DNA of 62,861 nt, filler included, from Sphacelaria rigidula (taxonomy: Eukaryota), in assembly GCA_964200075.2 (NCBI GenBank). It is 5 parts of 5 records of this genome, joined end to end, with 100 filler letters (N's around TTAATTAATTAA, not from the genome) between each part and the next. Parts side by side here need not be neighbours in the genome. Positions count along the whole stretch, not along the records: positions 37,779 to 50,270 come from CAXNAA020003703.1; positions 50,371 to 62,861 come from CAXNAA020003704.1; 3 more parts are not named here. One strand, 5' to 3'. Positions 38,056-50,443 of this stretch are shown here, one piece after another. Positions within the stretch are counted from its first letter, which is position 1; every line of letters starts with the position of its first letter. The notes below the pieces were generated by a model. It saw only the letters and a list, made by a program, of their open reading frames with translations, made no database searches and had not been told where the DNA came from. Made by a program: the position numbers and the translations under genes.

Positions 38056-39330
38056 TCATCGGGGGCTACGTGCCCCATTACCCGCCCTCCGCTGCCACCC
38101 CTTCCGCCGGAAGGAGGCCGTCTTTCGACCGAGTAAGAAACGTTTGTGTCCTCGCCCCCAAAAAGAGTCGAATTTGGACGTGAACAGCGATACGCTTCCG
38201 AAGATCCGCCGCCAATTCCTTTGATTGCGCGCGGATCTCTGTCGCATGTAGTGTAGACTAGCTTGTTGCTTGTAAAGCGCCGTAGCCACCCTGTCCAGAC
38301 GCTTTAACATCATAAATTTGCACAAAGGGCCGACAAATATTATTTGAGCGAAGTAACGATAAGCGGGAAAGGAAGGCTGTGGATCGGGAGAGGGTATGGT
38401 CGCGGGTAATATGTTGAAACACCGCACGGACGTTCTTGATGTTGGTTTCTGTCACTTTCGGCGGTAACGTACTTGTGAAACAGGTTTCGTAGGAACGGAG
38501 ATTCCGCCAATTGAATTCGCCGATAGCAACATATCTATCTTCTCTCGCCACGAACACTCCCCTTCTTGATCAGACCGACTTGCATTGCCCACATCTCCCC
38601 CTTCCCCTCCTCCCGCTAGCACACAATTCTAATGACGATCGGCCGGGCAAGTGGTTTTCTCTGCCATTCCCAAATACGACGAAACAGTGTCTGTCTGAAA
38701 TCATCGGTACGTAGCACAGCATTTTGCAACTTGTAGATGGGTTTTGGTTCTTGAGGATAAGCGTTGGGAACCTTTAAGCGCATCGAAATACCGTCAAAAC
38801 CTAACGCAAACGCACCCTCCGGTCGTGATGTGCGGCCTCGCTTGTCCTCAAAATAGAATCCATCTGCAAAATAGATTTCATCCGCAAAATAGAATCCATT
38901 GTTCACCAGGAATTCTGCACGAAAAAACAGTTTTTCATACCGGATGAACGAAGGCTAAATTTGTCGATGTACAAACGGGATTTTACAGATGGGCGATGGA
39001 TTTTGGTGGGGGTGGGCAAGACCAAACTTCACGGCCGGAGACTAAAACTGCACTGTTCTTCAGAGATGTTTCGATGCTTGAACCATTTATTTCGCGTTAT
39101 ATGTGTATATATGTATCTATATTGTTCAATTCTTGGACGTTTGATTCAACTTGTGGCCCTCGAATTACTTCATGGCGGCCCCTGCGTGCAGACAAGCGTT
39201 TATCCTTCACGAGATCTCACGAAGATCTCGTTACTTTCTGTGACCCTGCCTTGCAGTAAAACACTTGTGCAATACATCGTCCTAGTTTTAAACGGCGTTG
39301 GCCAAGTCACTCTGCATATTTGCCTCGTGA
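38056..39330 (-). pseudogene. Fanzor2/TnpB-like RNA-guided nuclease relic
   Basis: ORF 38056..38427 ends YFAQIIFVGP..MLKRLDRVATALY..HYMRQR..SLFTSKFDSFWG.GHK..LG.K..GWQRRAGNGARS, colinear with the TnpB/Fanzor E.YTSK.C..CG and DRD.NGARNI motifs. Upstream fragments IKNVRAVFQHIT, IRIVC*, KFSLRS and RVTWPTP..VLHKCFTAR occur in the expected order. Confidence 0.6.
38849..38901. repeat. 18-bp tandem triplication
   Basis: CAAAATAGAATCCATCTG / CAAAATAGATTTCATCCG / CAAAATAGAATCCATTG. Confidence 0.85.
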
Positions 39331-41488
39331 TTCTTGGCGATTGTTACCCATTATCCTATTCTCCTGTTAATTGTGCGTGGGTATAGTGAGGTGGTGTAGT
39401 GGAGAGAGTGTTTTTCATTCTGGTTCATTCCACCCCTCTCGTATCAACCTCTTATTCTATCGAGAACGACGTGTTCATGCCGCGCCACCCAGACCCTCTC
39501 CAACACTCCTTCATTTCACGTAACTTTAATCTTTCACTTACCTGGTTCGAAATTTTTATATGGATGTGCATCTAGCGGTGCTCAAAACTCCCACTTCGTT
39601 TGTATATACTCCTGCATATTGTTGCGAGAGTACGAAGTTCGACGTTCGGTGTTGTTCAAAGTGTCCTTCGGCGGTAGACCTACGTGGGATCACCGCGTTT
39701 TGCCATGCTCGGCAAAGGATTGTTCTTGGCAAGGGCTGCCCCCTTTCCTCGCCATAATGGTGTGCTCTAGTGTTGATGAATCCCCGCTTCGGGGTCCTCA
39801 CCTGTCGGCTCCGATGAGCCGATATATCATGCCCAGCACAGCGAAGATGTGGCATGTCACAGATATAACCTAATCTAGTCGCACCCTTATTCTCATCCTC
39901 GTAAACGTGTCATTTCAATCGCATACCCGTGACGGTGCTATCAGGACATCGGACCGGCTTGTGGGCCGCATTCGGGTGGCTGAAACCGACTTTCGCTCTC
40001 CCTCCCCTGTAACCAAGATGAGTCGTTCGTGACACGCTTCGGTGGCGTTGACGGGGCATCAGAATGCAGTGGATTCGTGAGCTCTAGCGGTGACGACTAG
40101 GAGGAAGATGGGACACCGTGCGACAACCCCGATCCACCCTGCTAGGTATCGGGACACAAATCGCAAACCAGGCGAACCCTGTTCGCCACGCCTTGCTCTT
40201 CCAGGAATGAAGGAATGAAGGCGGTAAACTGCATAGAAGCAACCATCATCTTTTCACAGTATACTCACTGGATCTACACCAGAGTAAATGTGGTGGAATG
40301 GACAAAGGTGTACCTACAAATTTGATAGCGGGATGGGTGTCAATGTGAAGAATAACTGAAGGGGACATCTCATGAACCGACGCCTAGAATTTCCAGTCGG
40401 GAACGAGAGGTTTTGACGAGAAGAGGTAGGGCTAACCAGATTTCTCTATGGTGACATTGAATGCGACGACTGGCTATAATGGACGTTTGCATGCCATGGT
40501 GAGCCCTTGACACCGTCTGTGACAATTTGGTCCGGTGAATACTGGTGACGCTGCCATGTAGATGGACTGCGTTTGTTTCATGCGCTGGGGCTTGGGCAGT
40601 GAGGAAAACTAGGCAGATCAACAGTTCGTGTGTGGAAGTTGCAGAGCACGAGGGGTGAATGGTCATTACTGAATGTCGCAAGTGCGGCTCAATACGTACT
40701 GAGGAGACAACAGACTGTCAACAATAGCACAAGGGGCCCCATCACAACCAGCTTGCCCCATTTTGACGGGAACTTGCATGACATGCCAGCATTTCGGGTT
40801 TTTGGCTTATCGGATGTTCCAAAGTTCCGCGTCCATTTCGAAAGTGGTGCCAATATACTTCCGTTCCAGACAAGGCAAGCAACCTTTTCAGAGGGTAATA
40901 CATAACAGTGCTCAAGTTCGGTGTAATGAACATACGTCGATTAATGTCACTTGACCAATATATGGCGATCGAGTGACACATCATAATATTTTCTCATGTT
41001 GCTGCCGGGCCAGGAAAGGGCTGAATTCTGGAGCGAAGGTGCATGTACCAGCTGTACCGTGAAGCAGGCAAACCAGCAAGTTGAACCACAGGCCAGTACA
41101 ATACACCACCATCCCTGTGCACCACCTTAGCTACACGGGGTCTTTTACCAAAGGACAAACTCTATGTTCCAGTATGTGCCACTGATACCATGAGTGTTAC
41201 CATCATCCCCGATCTCGATCACCCGTGCTGTGTCCCTGAACACGTAGCAATTTTGATAAAAACAACGATCGAGGCGTTCCAGAATATTCAGCAGGAATTT
41301 TGGTTTCGCTCCTTCAGTTTGACACCTACCGTTGCTACCGTTGCTATTTCCTTTAATGTCCTATGATAGCTTCGAATCCGACAGAAATACCGTTGTCTAA
41401 AACAATGTCATCGGTCTACGCAAGAGCATGTACAGCGGATTCGGGGCTACATTTTTCGTTTTTGTTGGATACGTCTACCATGAGACCA

Positions 41489-41553
41489 CGGCTGGACCCC
41501 CGGGGGGTCAGTTAAAGTGCGACAATCAATCAATCGATCAATCGATCAATCAA
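41489..41553 (+). repeat. Retroposon-like 3' tail with (CAAT)n
   Basis: GGGGGGTCAGTTAAAGTGCGACAATCAATCAATC, the same family as 22230-22306. Confidence 0.65.
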
Positions 41554-42689
41554 TGCCCACGGCCTTTCCCTTGGTGCTCCATGCTACTAACACCACACAT
41601 CTCTACCCCACTCGCGAGTTTTCTGTGATCAGCGTAACGTGTCATGATCCTTTTCTCCATGGTTACGTGGCTTGTATAGGATGCTGCCCTCGGCGTGATT
41701 AAAGTGCACTGTATCGCAGGCCACTATTCGCTCCCTAGCCCTGGCAATGCGCCCCCGAGCATTGCAGTAGCAACGAAGTTTGTGCATTTGTCTGGGGGGG
41801 TGGCGGAGGGTGAGGATATAGACATGGTGAGGTAACAATATCGCGCACCACCTGAGCTTGATGAATGTGTTTTGTGTTTTATTTGATGTGCTATTGGGAC
41901 AGGAATGTTCTACTCGGAATGAGTAAGACTGGAGGCAACCGCCTCCCGCTTCACTTACTTGCTGTAATAGAAGTTAGGAATATCGTTGGAGACGATTACA
42001 GATTCCACGCTTCGATTCTGAACTCCGCTTGTGTAGAGGCCGACTGGAATGATGTTTTTGGTGCCGTATATTCATAGGATTTAGCCAGAGTACAGAAAGG
42101 TTTTATGATGTTAGTGTCGAAAGAAACGAAGATACCAGACGAAGATAGTATACACACGTGATTCCAACACTCACTGACGGAGAATTTGAGCACGCTCGCG
42201 AGGAGTCGTAGCACGCGGAGGGCACAGCAAATAAGCGGAGATCTTGAAGGCCCGTGCACCGGCATTGTTCGATCTACGGTACGTTTCGATGATGTGTACC
42301 ACCGGAGAGATGGGGCACTCGTGCGGGTGAGAAGTGAAGCGCGAGAAATGTCGAGCGACCACTGAACTCACCCAACCTTGACATAGTCTTGAATTATCGT
42401 GCAACCTTCATTTGGGATGCAGATATGGCGGGTGGATGCACATCTGGGGTATCCATTTGGAATGTCACTTCCTCTGGAGTTTTGACTCATGGATTGGTGG
42501 ATTGTCGGCGCAAGAGTAAATCGCCGAGGAATCCAGCCTTGGTCGCACGATAGACGTACCCGAGGGAAAAACTCGCAAAAGTAGAGTCGGGACATGAAAG
42601 ACGGAGAAAGAAAGATGAAACACATTGAACAGCAATGAACAGAATCGAACAAACAAAAAAGCAAGGGGGCAGGAAACGACATGACAAGT

Positions 42690-42977
42690 AAAGCTGTGGT
42701 CACACAGGAAGAAGGCCAACACAGAAGTTTTGAATTTTCACGTCGTTTCAGACTCCAGCTTTCCTTGCTTGGTGCTTGACTTCATTTTTATCGCAAGAAG
42801 TGTTCAGCGGTCCCTTTTCCTCTTCGACCATGAAGTCGAAGTGTGTACCCACGACCTTGTCGCTCTCCACCGTTGGACATGAAGTGCAAAAATCTCAGAT
42901 GTAACTTCACCGAGATCCGAACCTACGTCCGTCGGATATATTTCGAGGTTATCAACTGAGCCATAGGGGTGACCGGG
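42690..42977 (-). mobile_element. tRNA-derived SINE, degenerate; 3' limit uncertain
   Basis: Minus strand has A-box-like TGGCTCAGTTGA and B-box-like GGTTCGGATCT; no complete cloverleaf. Confidence 0.55.
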
Positions 42978-44035
42978 AAACCAAGAACAAGGGTCTAGAA
43001 GCGGTCAACTCCTGGAGCATGACGTCGGTTGGAAAAGAAAAATACAATACCGAGGAAGCTATTTGGCAATCACATCATTTGAGCGTAAAGTGTCATCAGC
43101 CTCCACGGGGGAGGGACACAATCACCACTACAGTACCAAGCAATACTTGAGTCAAATGAAGAAAAGAGGGGCAACACCTAGAGAAGAAAGCAGACAAAAT
43201 AAAAACGGAAAGAGGAAATCATGGAACACAAAACACAAGCAGAACATATGAGCGAACGAAGCTAGGGACTCGCTACAAGGATGCAATCCAAGGAAAACGC
43301 CAACGATCGAGATGATGAAATAGGGTGCATCAGTTTCGTGTTACCCCCGCCGTTCTACTACTTCGTCGTGGGGTAAAAAATGAGTTACTCAGCTATATCT
43401 GACGTAAATACCTCGCAGACTGTTGCTTTTATTGTTGTGTCAACGGTGGCGGCTCTCGTATTGGCGGCTCATAACGAGACAGTCTGCGTTTTGTGGCTTG
43501 GAACCGAATGGCCGAGATAACCCCTTCTCTACGCCTCCCCGAACTTTTCCGTACCGGTTTTGACCCCTAGGCGCCATTTGCTCACAACCTTCGCTGCAGT
43601 AAGCCGAGTTTGCGACTGTATGACCTCTATGCCGTGCAAGAACCATGTGCTTAGTACTCCCTACCGTGGAAGAGACTCGAGCGCACGCAGGTTCTCCCGA
43701 CGGCGCCCTATCCAATGTAAGGCCGGCGAGCCTCCTCGGGCCCGTGCGTTTCCAACCGGCCGAACACCATGCACGCCGGAAGACGTGTTTCGTCCCGCCG
43801 GACGAGACACTTCGCAAAAAAGAGTTGAAACTTGCGGATGGTCGTGTCGATACGCTGGCAGTTGGTCATCTCGAGCACATCTCTTCATGAAAGAGGCTCG
43901 GGTCTAGTGCGATCATTTCTACGAAAAGGCACTACTTCCAGTAACAGCTTGTAATGAGCAGTACGCCGACTTTCAAAGTCTTTGGGGCGCAGTGTCCACT
44001 TTAGCACATTTTTACAGCGTAGCTTCCGTCACCTC

Positions 44036-44242
44036 TGTAGTGCGTGGGAGGAACGTGTCCTTTTCGGACCGCATCGAGATTTTAACACTCCAGGATCGAC
44101 GTTTTTCAAGACAGCTCGGACCAGTCCCTGCAGGGACCGCGCACGTGACCCTAACCCTGGCTAACCCTACCCTAACCCTGCCTACAGGAGTGTTTCAACT
44201 CCGATGCGGTTCAAAATGCACGCGGTTCTACCACGCATTACA
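44036..44242. mobile_element. Complete 207-bp MITE with TGT..ACA TIRs, 5-bp TSD and internal telomere-like repeats
   Basis: ~55-bp imperfect TIRs (TGTAGTGCGTGGGAGG.. / ..CCACGCATTACA), ACCTC on both flanks, an internal palindrome GTCCCTGCAGGGAC and CCCTAA units. Confidence 0.88.
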
Positions 44243-44499
44243 ACCTCTGTTTCAAGCAGCCAGGATTCCGAAGAGAGTTTCGTGTTGGAACGATCGTATA
44301 GTTGCGAAATGTACTTCCCGAGACATGCCGATGAAACGCCAATGCAGCGCTTGATCCCGATCGCCATTTTTGTGTTTGCTTTGACAGCTGCACCAACGTA
44401 CACAAACTCCATCGCCTGCTTGTGCTTCTGATCGGACGGCTGAATGTGCAGTGCGTTCTCTGGGGAGCTGGGTACTCACAACAGTGACATTGCCTTAGC

Positions 44500-46400
44500 C
44501 TTATGCTCTGACATCGTCGGTGCAAGTTCCTGACAAACCACCGCTTTTGAATCATTATCTCAGCGAGGCCGTCTGGAAACCTCGACGGTATGCCTGCGTA
44601 AATCGCATGAAGCGTTCCCCATATAGTGCGTATCACCTTCTCAATGGCGAATCGTTCAGTGGTTCGCCATCCCCGCTTTTTGGTGCATCATCTACATACA
44701 CAAGGTCCGAGACAATGGCTTGGTTTGCCGCGGAGCTTTGGAAAATCACGTCGACCAACCCTGCGTAAAAAACGTTCAAAACATGAGCGGGGACAAAACT
44801 ATTCTCACCTGAGTCCCTGCCACACGTCGAACTGCTGTGATAGTTCGCGAACATCCAGCTGCACCCACGCTTGCCCGTCATCCTTGAACATACGGATGAC
44901 CTTGATCATCCGCAGCGGAACTCCGAACCACCGAGCGAGCAACTCCTACAGGACCGTGAACTCTACGGGGCATTACGCCTTTTGTATATCTATAACACAC
45001 CTTCCTAGGGAGCCACTGCTCGCCCGGCCCAGCTTCTGCAGTTGGCGTGCTATGAACAACGTGTCGATGGTCGATCATTGATGCCAAGATGCGCACTGTT
45101 AGCGAAGAGATCCCTCTCGTCGCAGAAATTCCAGAGCATTATTGCTACGACCTGAGAACTTTACCAGGATGCACCACGAGGGAGGCGTCCCAGTAGGTTC
45201 CACACTCGCTTCTACCCGTGATTTTGTACAGCACTTCAATAGTGGCGTCTCTACCTTCCTGCAATATCTCGTCGGACGTTCGCACAAGAACGAGGACGCC
45301 TTGGTAGTGGCACGAAATTATCAAATGCGTCACAAAAGGCCCAAAAGTTATGAACTCAGCAGGTATATTCCATTCATTCTCATCGATTTGCTGTTGGCAA
45401 TATCACACATAGCTCTCCAGCCCTTCTATATTTCATTCAAGCCCTGCGGGTCTCTACGTGACAGCGCTGTCGGTCGTTGCGAGATATTCTCGACAAAGAA
45501 CTTGATCAAAACTTGTCGACGTTACATTCAGCAACATAAGGAAGTAACGTTCCCATATTTCACACGTTGGGCCCTTGTATCGCGATAGTTCCCGGTCCTC
45601 GTCTGTGATATACTATTACTCTCTTTTGTTCCCCGCCAATCTCTATCCTTCCCTCAGATGCCCGTACCATCCCCTCATGTACCCAATTTCGATGTACTCT
45701 CCCAGTTCCTTCGCATATACCTCAAGGTACCTGTCGACTTCAGCTTGGATCACTGCTTTGAGCCTCCTGCACGCTGCTGGCGAAGTGCACGGAGCTACCT
45801 CTCGGCCCCATTCATACGGCCATACTCGCCCTCTCCCACTCATCCTTGGCCTCGTCTAACTTAGCTTGGAGTGCGGCATCTTCGAACCACCGCTGTATCC
45901 GTAGCTTTCGGGTCGGGCAGAGCATACCCGTCTCAGCGGGGCATATGAATATCTTGGCAAGGTTCACAGCCATTTTTTCGACGCTATCACCGGTTATATC
46001 CTGCTTAAGCTCGCTGATAATAAGTTGGATCAATTTGTCACGTCTATGGGTGCCAGGGCTTACAACTCGCCCGTCCATGAGTTCGCACCCGGTAGGTTCG
46101 CCAAGGTCTATGGCTTGCGAGTAGACCAAGGAGCCGTACCAAGGGGCACACGATGCTGTGGCCTGAGTTCGGCGAGGTGGTAGTTGAAGGTGGGCAGTTA
46201 CTTTGCGAAGACGTTCGCGTTAGGATGGCCGTGTGATGATGTAGTTAACACGGTTATTGTCAGCGAAACGTTCAGCAATACTTTCAAGCCTATGACGTAC
46301 CTCTCTTGGGAGTGGGAAAAAAGTATTGAACAGGGTCTGTTTCCACCTGCAACCTTTGATAGCAGTGCCATGCTACGGCTGGCTCGAGAGACCCGGCTGT
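44500..46400 (-). mobile_element. RTE-clade LINE ORF2 (APE end, linker, RT), decayed, with an unrelated insert at ~45290-45570
   Basis: DATIEVLYK..SECGTYWDASLV.HPGKVL, STIDTLFIARQLQ..IDIQKA, FGVPLRMIKVIRMF, LNVFYA..IVSDLVYVDD and WGTLHAIYAG (decayed YADD). Confidence 0.85.
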
Positions 46401-46419
46401 AAGGGCTCACCTTTTTACG

Positions 46420-47293
46420 ACTCTCCTCTCTTACTCTTACCCAGTCCTGTTGTTGGCGTCTGTCAAACGAAACAGGTGGTCATTGTTGAGAATCCGGTCT
46501 ACACTGCTACCCAGTTCAGCCAAGTGCGTACAATACGCGTCTCGATGCTACGATGCAAACCGTGTATGCCCCCTCATGACTCCTCGGACATGCCCAAACA
46601 ACTGCCGCTGGGACTTAGCCAGTATGTGTTGACCAAGTATGCGATCAAAACCCCGCCGTAATATATGACGGTCGAGGATGCGAACGCACCCCTGGAACGC
46701 GTTGAGGTCGATAGGATTTCGGGCCATCAACTGGTTCGCGGTCGTCGTGGTAAGATAGCGGTAATGTATCAAACACATTTAAAGGGTATGATGCGTGATA
46801 CATGGGAGTGTGAAGTTGATTTGCGTTATTTTCGTCAGGAAATATTGCTATACTGGGTAGGAAATACCGTCCAGCACCGCCCGTTGAATAAGAGATATCG
46901 GTCGATGCGCAAGGGAGCTGCCGCTCGGGAACTGGCACGTGAGCACTCAGCGCGGTTTGTTGTAACACGCTATAGCCTTCTTTCGCGTTTACAATGCACG
47001 CAGCCCTTTTACGGACAAAGCTTGCCGAAGGGGGCGTACTTTTGGTATAAGGCCTTGGATTCACTGTGGTAGTTAGGTAAGATTCATGTGGTCGATCCTG
47101 CATCTGATGACTCCTACTTTATTCGTTTCATTGATGACCCGAGCCCCCTTAAGATTCGCATGGACGATGCCTACTACACCGAGGTGCCAACCGCCCGCCG
47201 GGGATCCTGGTGCCTCCAACGACACGACCAAGGCGATCTTGACACAGCCGTTCTACGCAACACGGACACCGCTTGGGATGCAGAAGATTCATG
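46420..47293 (+). pseudogene. Ty3/Gypsy integrase C-terminus with chromodomain-like and Tudor/PWWP-like domains
   Basis: RVEVDRISGHQLVRG..VMYQTHLKG..TWECEVDL (chromo-like), then GAYFWYKALDSLW*LGKI..YFIRFIDDP; one frame with in-frame stops. Confidence 0.7.
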
Positions 47294-49811
47294 ATGCCGC
47301 ATCCAAGTCTGCTTCCCCATTTACCTTGCGTAGTTTACCATGTTCGAGTCGCTTGTCTTGCGCCGTAGCGTCGTTGGGAAACCGTGTGTTTCCCCTCCCC
47401 CCCTTCATTTATTTTCGTACTGATTAGCCCCGTACTTGTAGTGGTTGTATGTTGTGTTTCGTATTTTGTTTTTGTATGTTGTATGTTGTATTTTGTTTCT
47501 TGTATTTTGTGTTTTTTTTTCTCATGTTTTGTTTTTTCTTGGCTTTGACCCTGACGTTGTGTTTTGCTTGTTTTCGGCTTTGCGTCATTTCGTTTTGATT
47601 TGCGCTTGTCTTTATTTTTGTTTTTTTCTCCCTTTTTCTTTTCTTCTCTTTTCGCTTCGTCTTTTGTTTTCGATTTTTTTCGTGTCGATGAACAATTTCT
47701 TGGTTATTTCTGGGTTCATCTGGCAAAGTACAAGTGACGACCGTTCCATTCCTGACTCCGAGTTGACATTGAACCTCCGTCCTCCGCGCCGTACATTCAC
47801 GACCATTCCGTATACTGGAACAGTTGCCACGAGTTATTTCTTTCTTCACTTTTCTTCATTGTACGCACCTTTTGTCTTGCTTTGTTTGTTGTATGGTTTT
47901 ATTTTTATTTTGTTTGTTTTTGGTGAAGAGTTTCCGGAGCGAGCGCTAGACATACCTGACGCCCACGTCTGGAATGTTCACGCTCTTGTTCAATCGCTCC
48001 GTACGCGAATACCGCCTGCCTCTTCGAGATCGGTCGTGACGTGTCTTCTTTTGTGTGCGTTCCACGTTGGGTTTCATGTCAACATGGGCGATAGTAACCG
48101 AAGCCGAGTGTCTGAAATGTTTCGACCTTCTTGGCTGAAAGTTTCGACCCTGCTTGCTTCGTACACACGATTACCGCTCCCGTTTAAAAGGACGGTCGCC
48201 ACGTGTTGTTTTTCTGCTTCATGTTGCTGATATTTCGTTTTCGCTGTTGCCCAGCGTACCCCTGGTTTTGTATTTATTTTGGTTGTGGTTTCTGAGTCTA
48301 TGTCGGGAATTCCGCCATGAGCGTTCCAACGTTCCTGACCATCGGGCCTAGAACACTTGGCCTACTTTTTTGTGCGAATCCTGCACACGTGTGACCGACG
48401 TCGTTTGTAGGAGGGTCACGGGTAATGCGACGCAATGGATGATTTATACTTTGGTGATTGGTAAGCTACAACGAGGTCACTACTGGCGGCGTCGTACGTA
48501 GCGCAGAATTGTCATTGAAGTCGCGGTATGATCGGTTGCAAACGTCTCCTCATACAGGACCATTACGTATCATGATAGGGTAGATTGCTCTTCCGGAACT
48601 GTCCCTTCCACCATGTCGATATTCGACCATTGGTACAGCCTACAGGCGCAGAGTCCGCCACTCGCTATTTTTTTCTGTCACTTTTACCAGCTTTTGCGTA
48701 CAGGTACCCGCCCATGAAATCGGTCGGTGGTGTCTTTTTTTATCAGGGGTTAATGGACTAAGTAACGTGACGGCTCGATCGGCTGTGGTTTTTACTCCAG
48801 TTTGTGTTCAGGTCAGTCTCGTTTTTGTCCGAACGGGCAAATACTGTGAGGGGTGGGCTGCGTTGGTCCTCTCTGTCCTGTGTATTTGTAGTGGTTCAGA
48901 AATGTGTTGGGCGATCCGCCTCGGAACTACGTAGTAGGCCCGAAGGTTGTGTATTGACTCCACTACGTTTCTTTTGACGTGCACGGACACCTGACCTCAC
49001 AAACCGGTCGGTTGTTTTCGTATCTCGTCGTGTGAGAAAAAAAAAAGAATTGCTGTACGACCGGATCATCACCCAGATGTCCCAAGCAAGTCGTTGCTCT
49101 CACAAACATGTACCCACATGTAACTCACGTCAAACGGGTTGATTTGTCCGTATCATGCTCTTTGGGTTTTTTTCAACGTATGGTTTTCGCGGGAAACTAC
49201 CTTTTCCGCGACGAAATCGGCTGAGCGTTGTTGGCTTTTGCTGATTGACTGAACGAGTGGTTAGCATTAACTTAGTTATCGGAGTGATATAATGCCTTGG
49301 TGGGCTTGCTTGTTTTTCCACCAATGACCTAAAACAAATCGGACATCCAAAAACGAGTAGACTGTTACATTCATAATATAGTTATGGCAGGGTAGGATGA
49401 TCGTTTCAATGATGGGTCTCTGATTTCTGTGGTTATCCCGGACATGCTCACGGCATTCTGAACATGCTCGCGGCATTCTGGAGTACACTGCATTTTTGTA
49501 GTATATGGTTTTGATTGTTGATTTTTTATTTTTGTGATTTGTTTTGGAATTCGCGTGGCTCCGTCTGAAATGCGAAACATGAGGACACTGAATTCTCTAT
49601 CGGTTCGATTTTTTTTCCCTTTGTTTTTGTGTTTGTGTTTGTGTTTGTGTTTGTGTTCGTGTTCGTGTTTTTCTCGTTTCTGTGTGTTGGTCGCACCTTA
49701 TCGCTTCCCATATCGAAAGAATACTTGATGTTCAAAATGAGTCTCAGTTTCTGTGGTGTGGGAGTGGTGTGTCTCGATGCTAATTCGTTCCTTCTGAAAA
49801 GGAACTGCACT
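47294..49811 (+). other. Long T-rich non-coding region, probably the 3' internal region of the Gypsy element; includes (GTGTTT)n
   Basis: Strong T skew after the pol stop and no credible ORF. Confidence 0.4.
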
Positions 49812-50207
49812 TGTCACGATCCAGGGTGGGCTAATGTGATGGTATATGACCGCGTGCGAGAATTAAACTAATACCGTAGGATACTACGATCGATCTACAA
49901 ACGATCGGCGGGTATGAAAAGATTGTAGTCGAATGTGTGCTTGTATAAGGTAGAATTGGATTGGTTTTATGGTTGACGCAGCTGATTGAAGCTGGATACA
50001 GAGTTGTACCTGACCAGCCGCAGGTGTACGTCACTACTGACGCTTTGATTGGCCACAGCATGGCGCGTCAGGCTGATTTTGTATTATGCCATTTGTATGC
50101 GAGGCAGGGTACGGGCGAGCAGCGCCCCCGACCATCGTCTACCTGGGTACGCGACCCACCGATCAGTCTGCAGGCCTCTATTGGATATAAGAAGAGCTTT
50201 TACTCAT
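49812..50207 (+). repeat. Putative 3' LTR start, interrupted
   Basis: TGTCACGATCC follows purine-rich GAAAAGGAA; no partner LTR is available to confirm. Confidence 0.35.
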
Positions 50208-50270
50208 GAGTCATCCTACGGTAGGGGGGGGGGTATTTCGGGCCATTTGTTGCTCGAAATTTCGAGTCAG
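50208..50270 (+). mobile_element. Left end of GAGTCATCCTACG-TIR element
   Basis: Near-identical to 7516-7578; the contig ends inside it. Confidence 0.85.
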
Positions 50271-50370
50271 NNNNNNNNNNNNNNNNNNNNNNNNNNNNNN
50301 NNNNNNNNNNNNNNTTAATTAATTAANNNNNNNNNNNNNNNNNNNNNNNNNNNNNNNNNNNNNNNNNNNN
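50271..50370. other. Artificial contig spacer
   Basis: N run with TTAATTAATTAA. Confidence 0.98.
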
Positions 50371-50443
50371 CGATTCATTCACTGATTGACCGCTTTTCAC
50401 TCTCAATCGTATCATCTACTCTCAATCTTACGAAAACACTGTT
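50371..50443 (-). mobile_element. MITE family B terminus
   Basis: Near reverse complement of 56592-56664. Confidence 0.8.

Noticed and set aside
39556-39880. IS607 serine resolvase upstream of the Fanzor-like gene
   Set aside because: No YARVS or DRL motif seen in the minus-strand frames.
40000-41400. Decayed LINE RT
   Set aside because: Only faint fragments (ALDTV, SYTGS); not enough to support a call.
42905-42977. Functional tRNA gene
   Set aside because: A and B boxes are present but there is no acceptor or anticodon stem; treated as a SINE head.
47424-48230. Long hydrophobic and Lys-rich ORFs on both strands
   Set aside because: Artefacts of T-rich low-complexity sequence.
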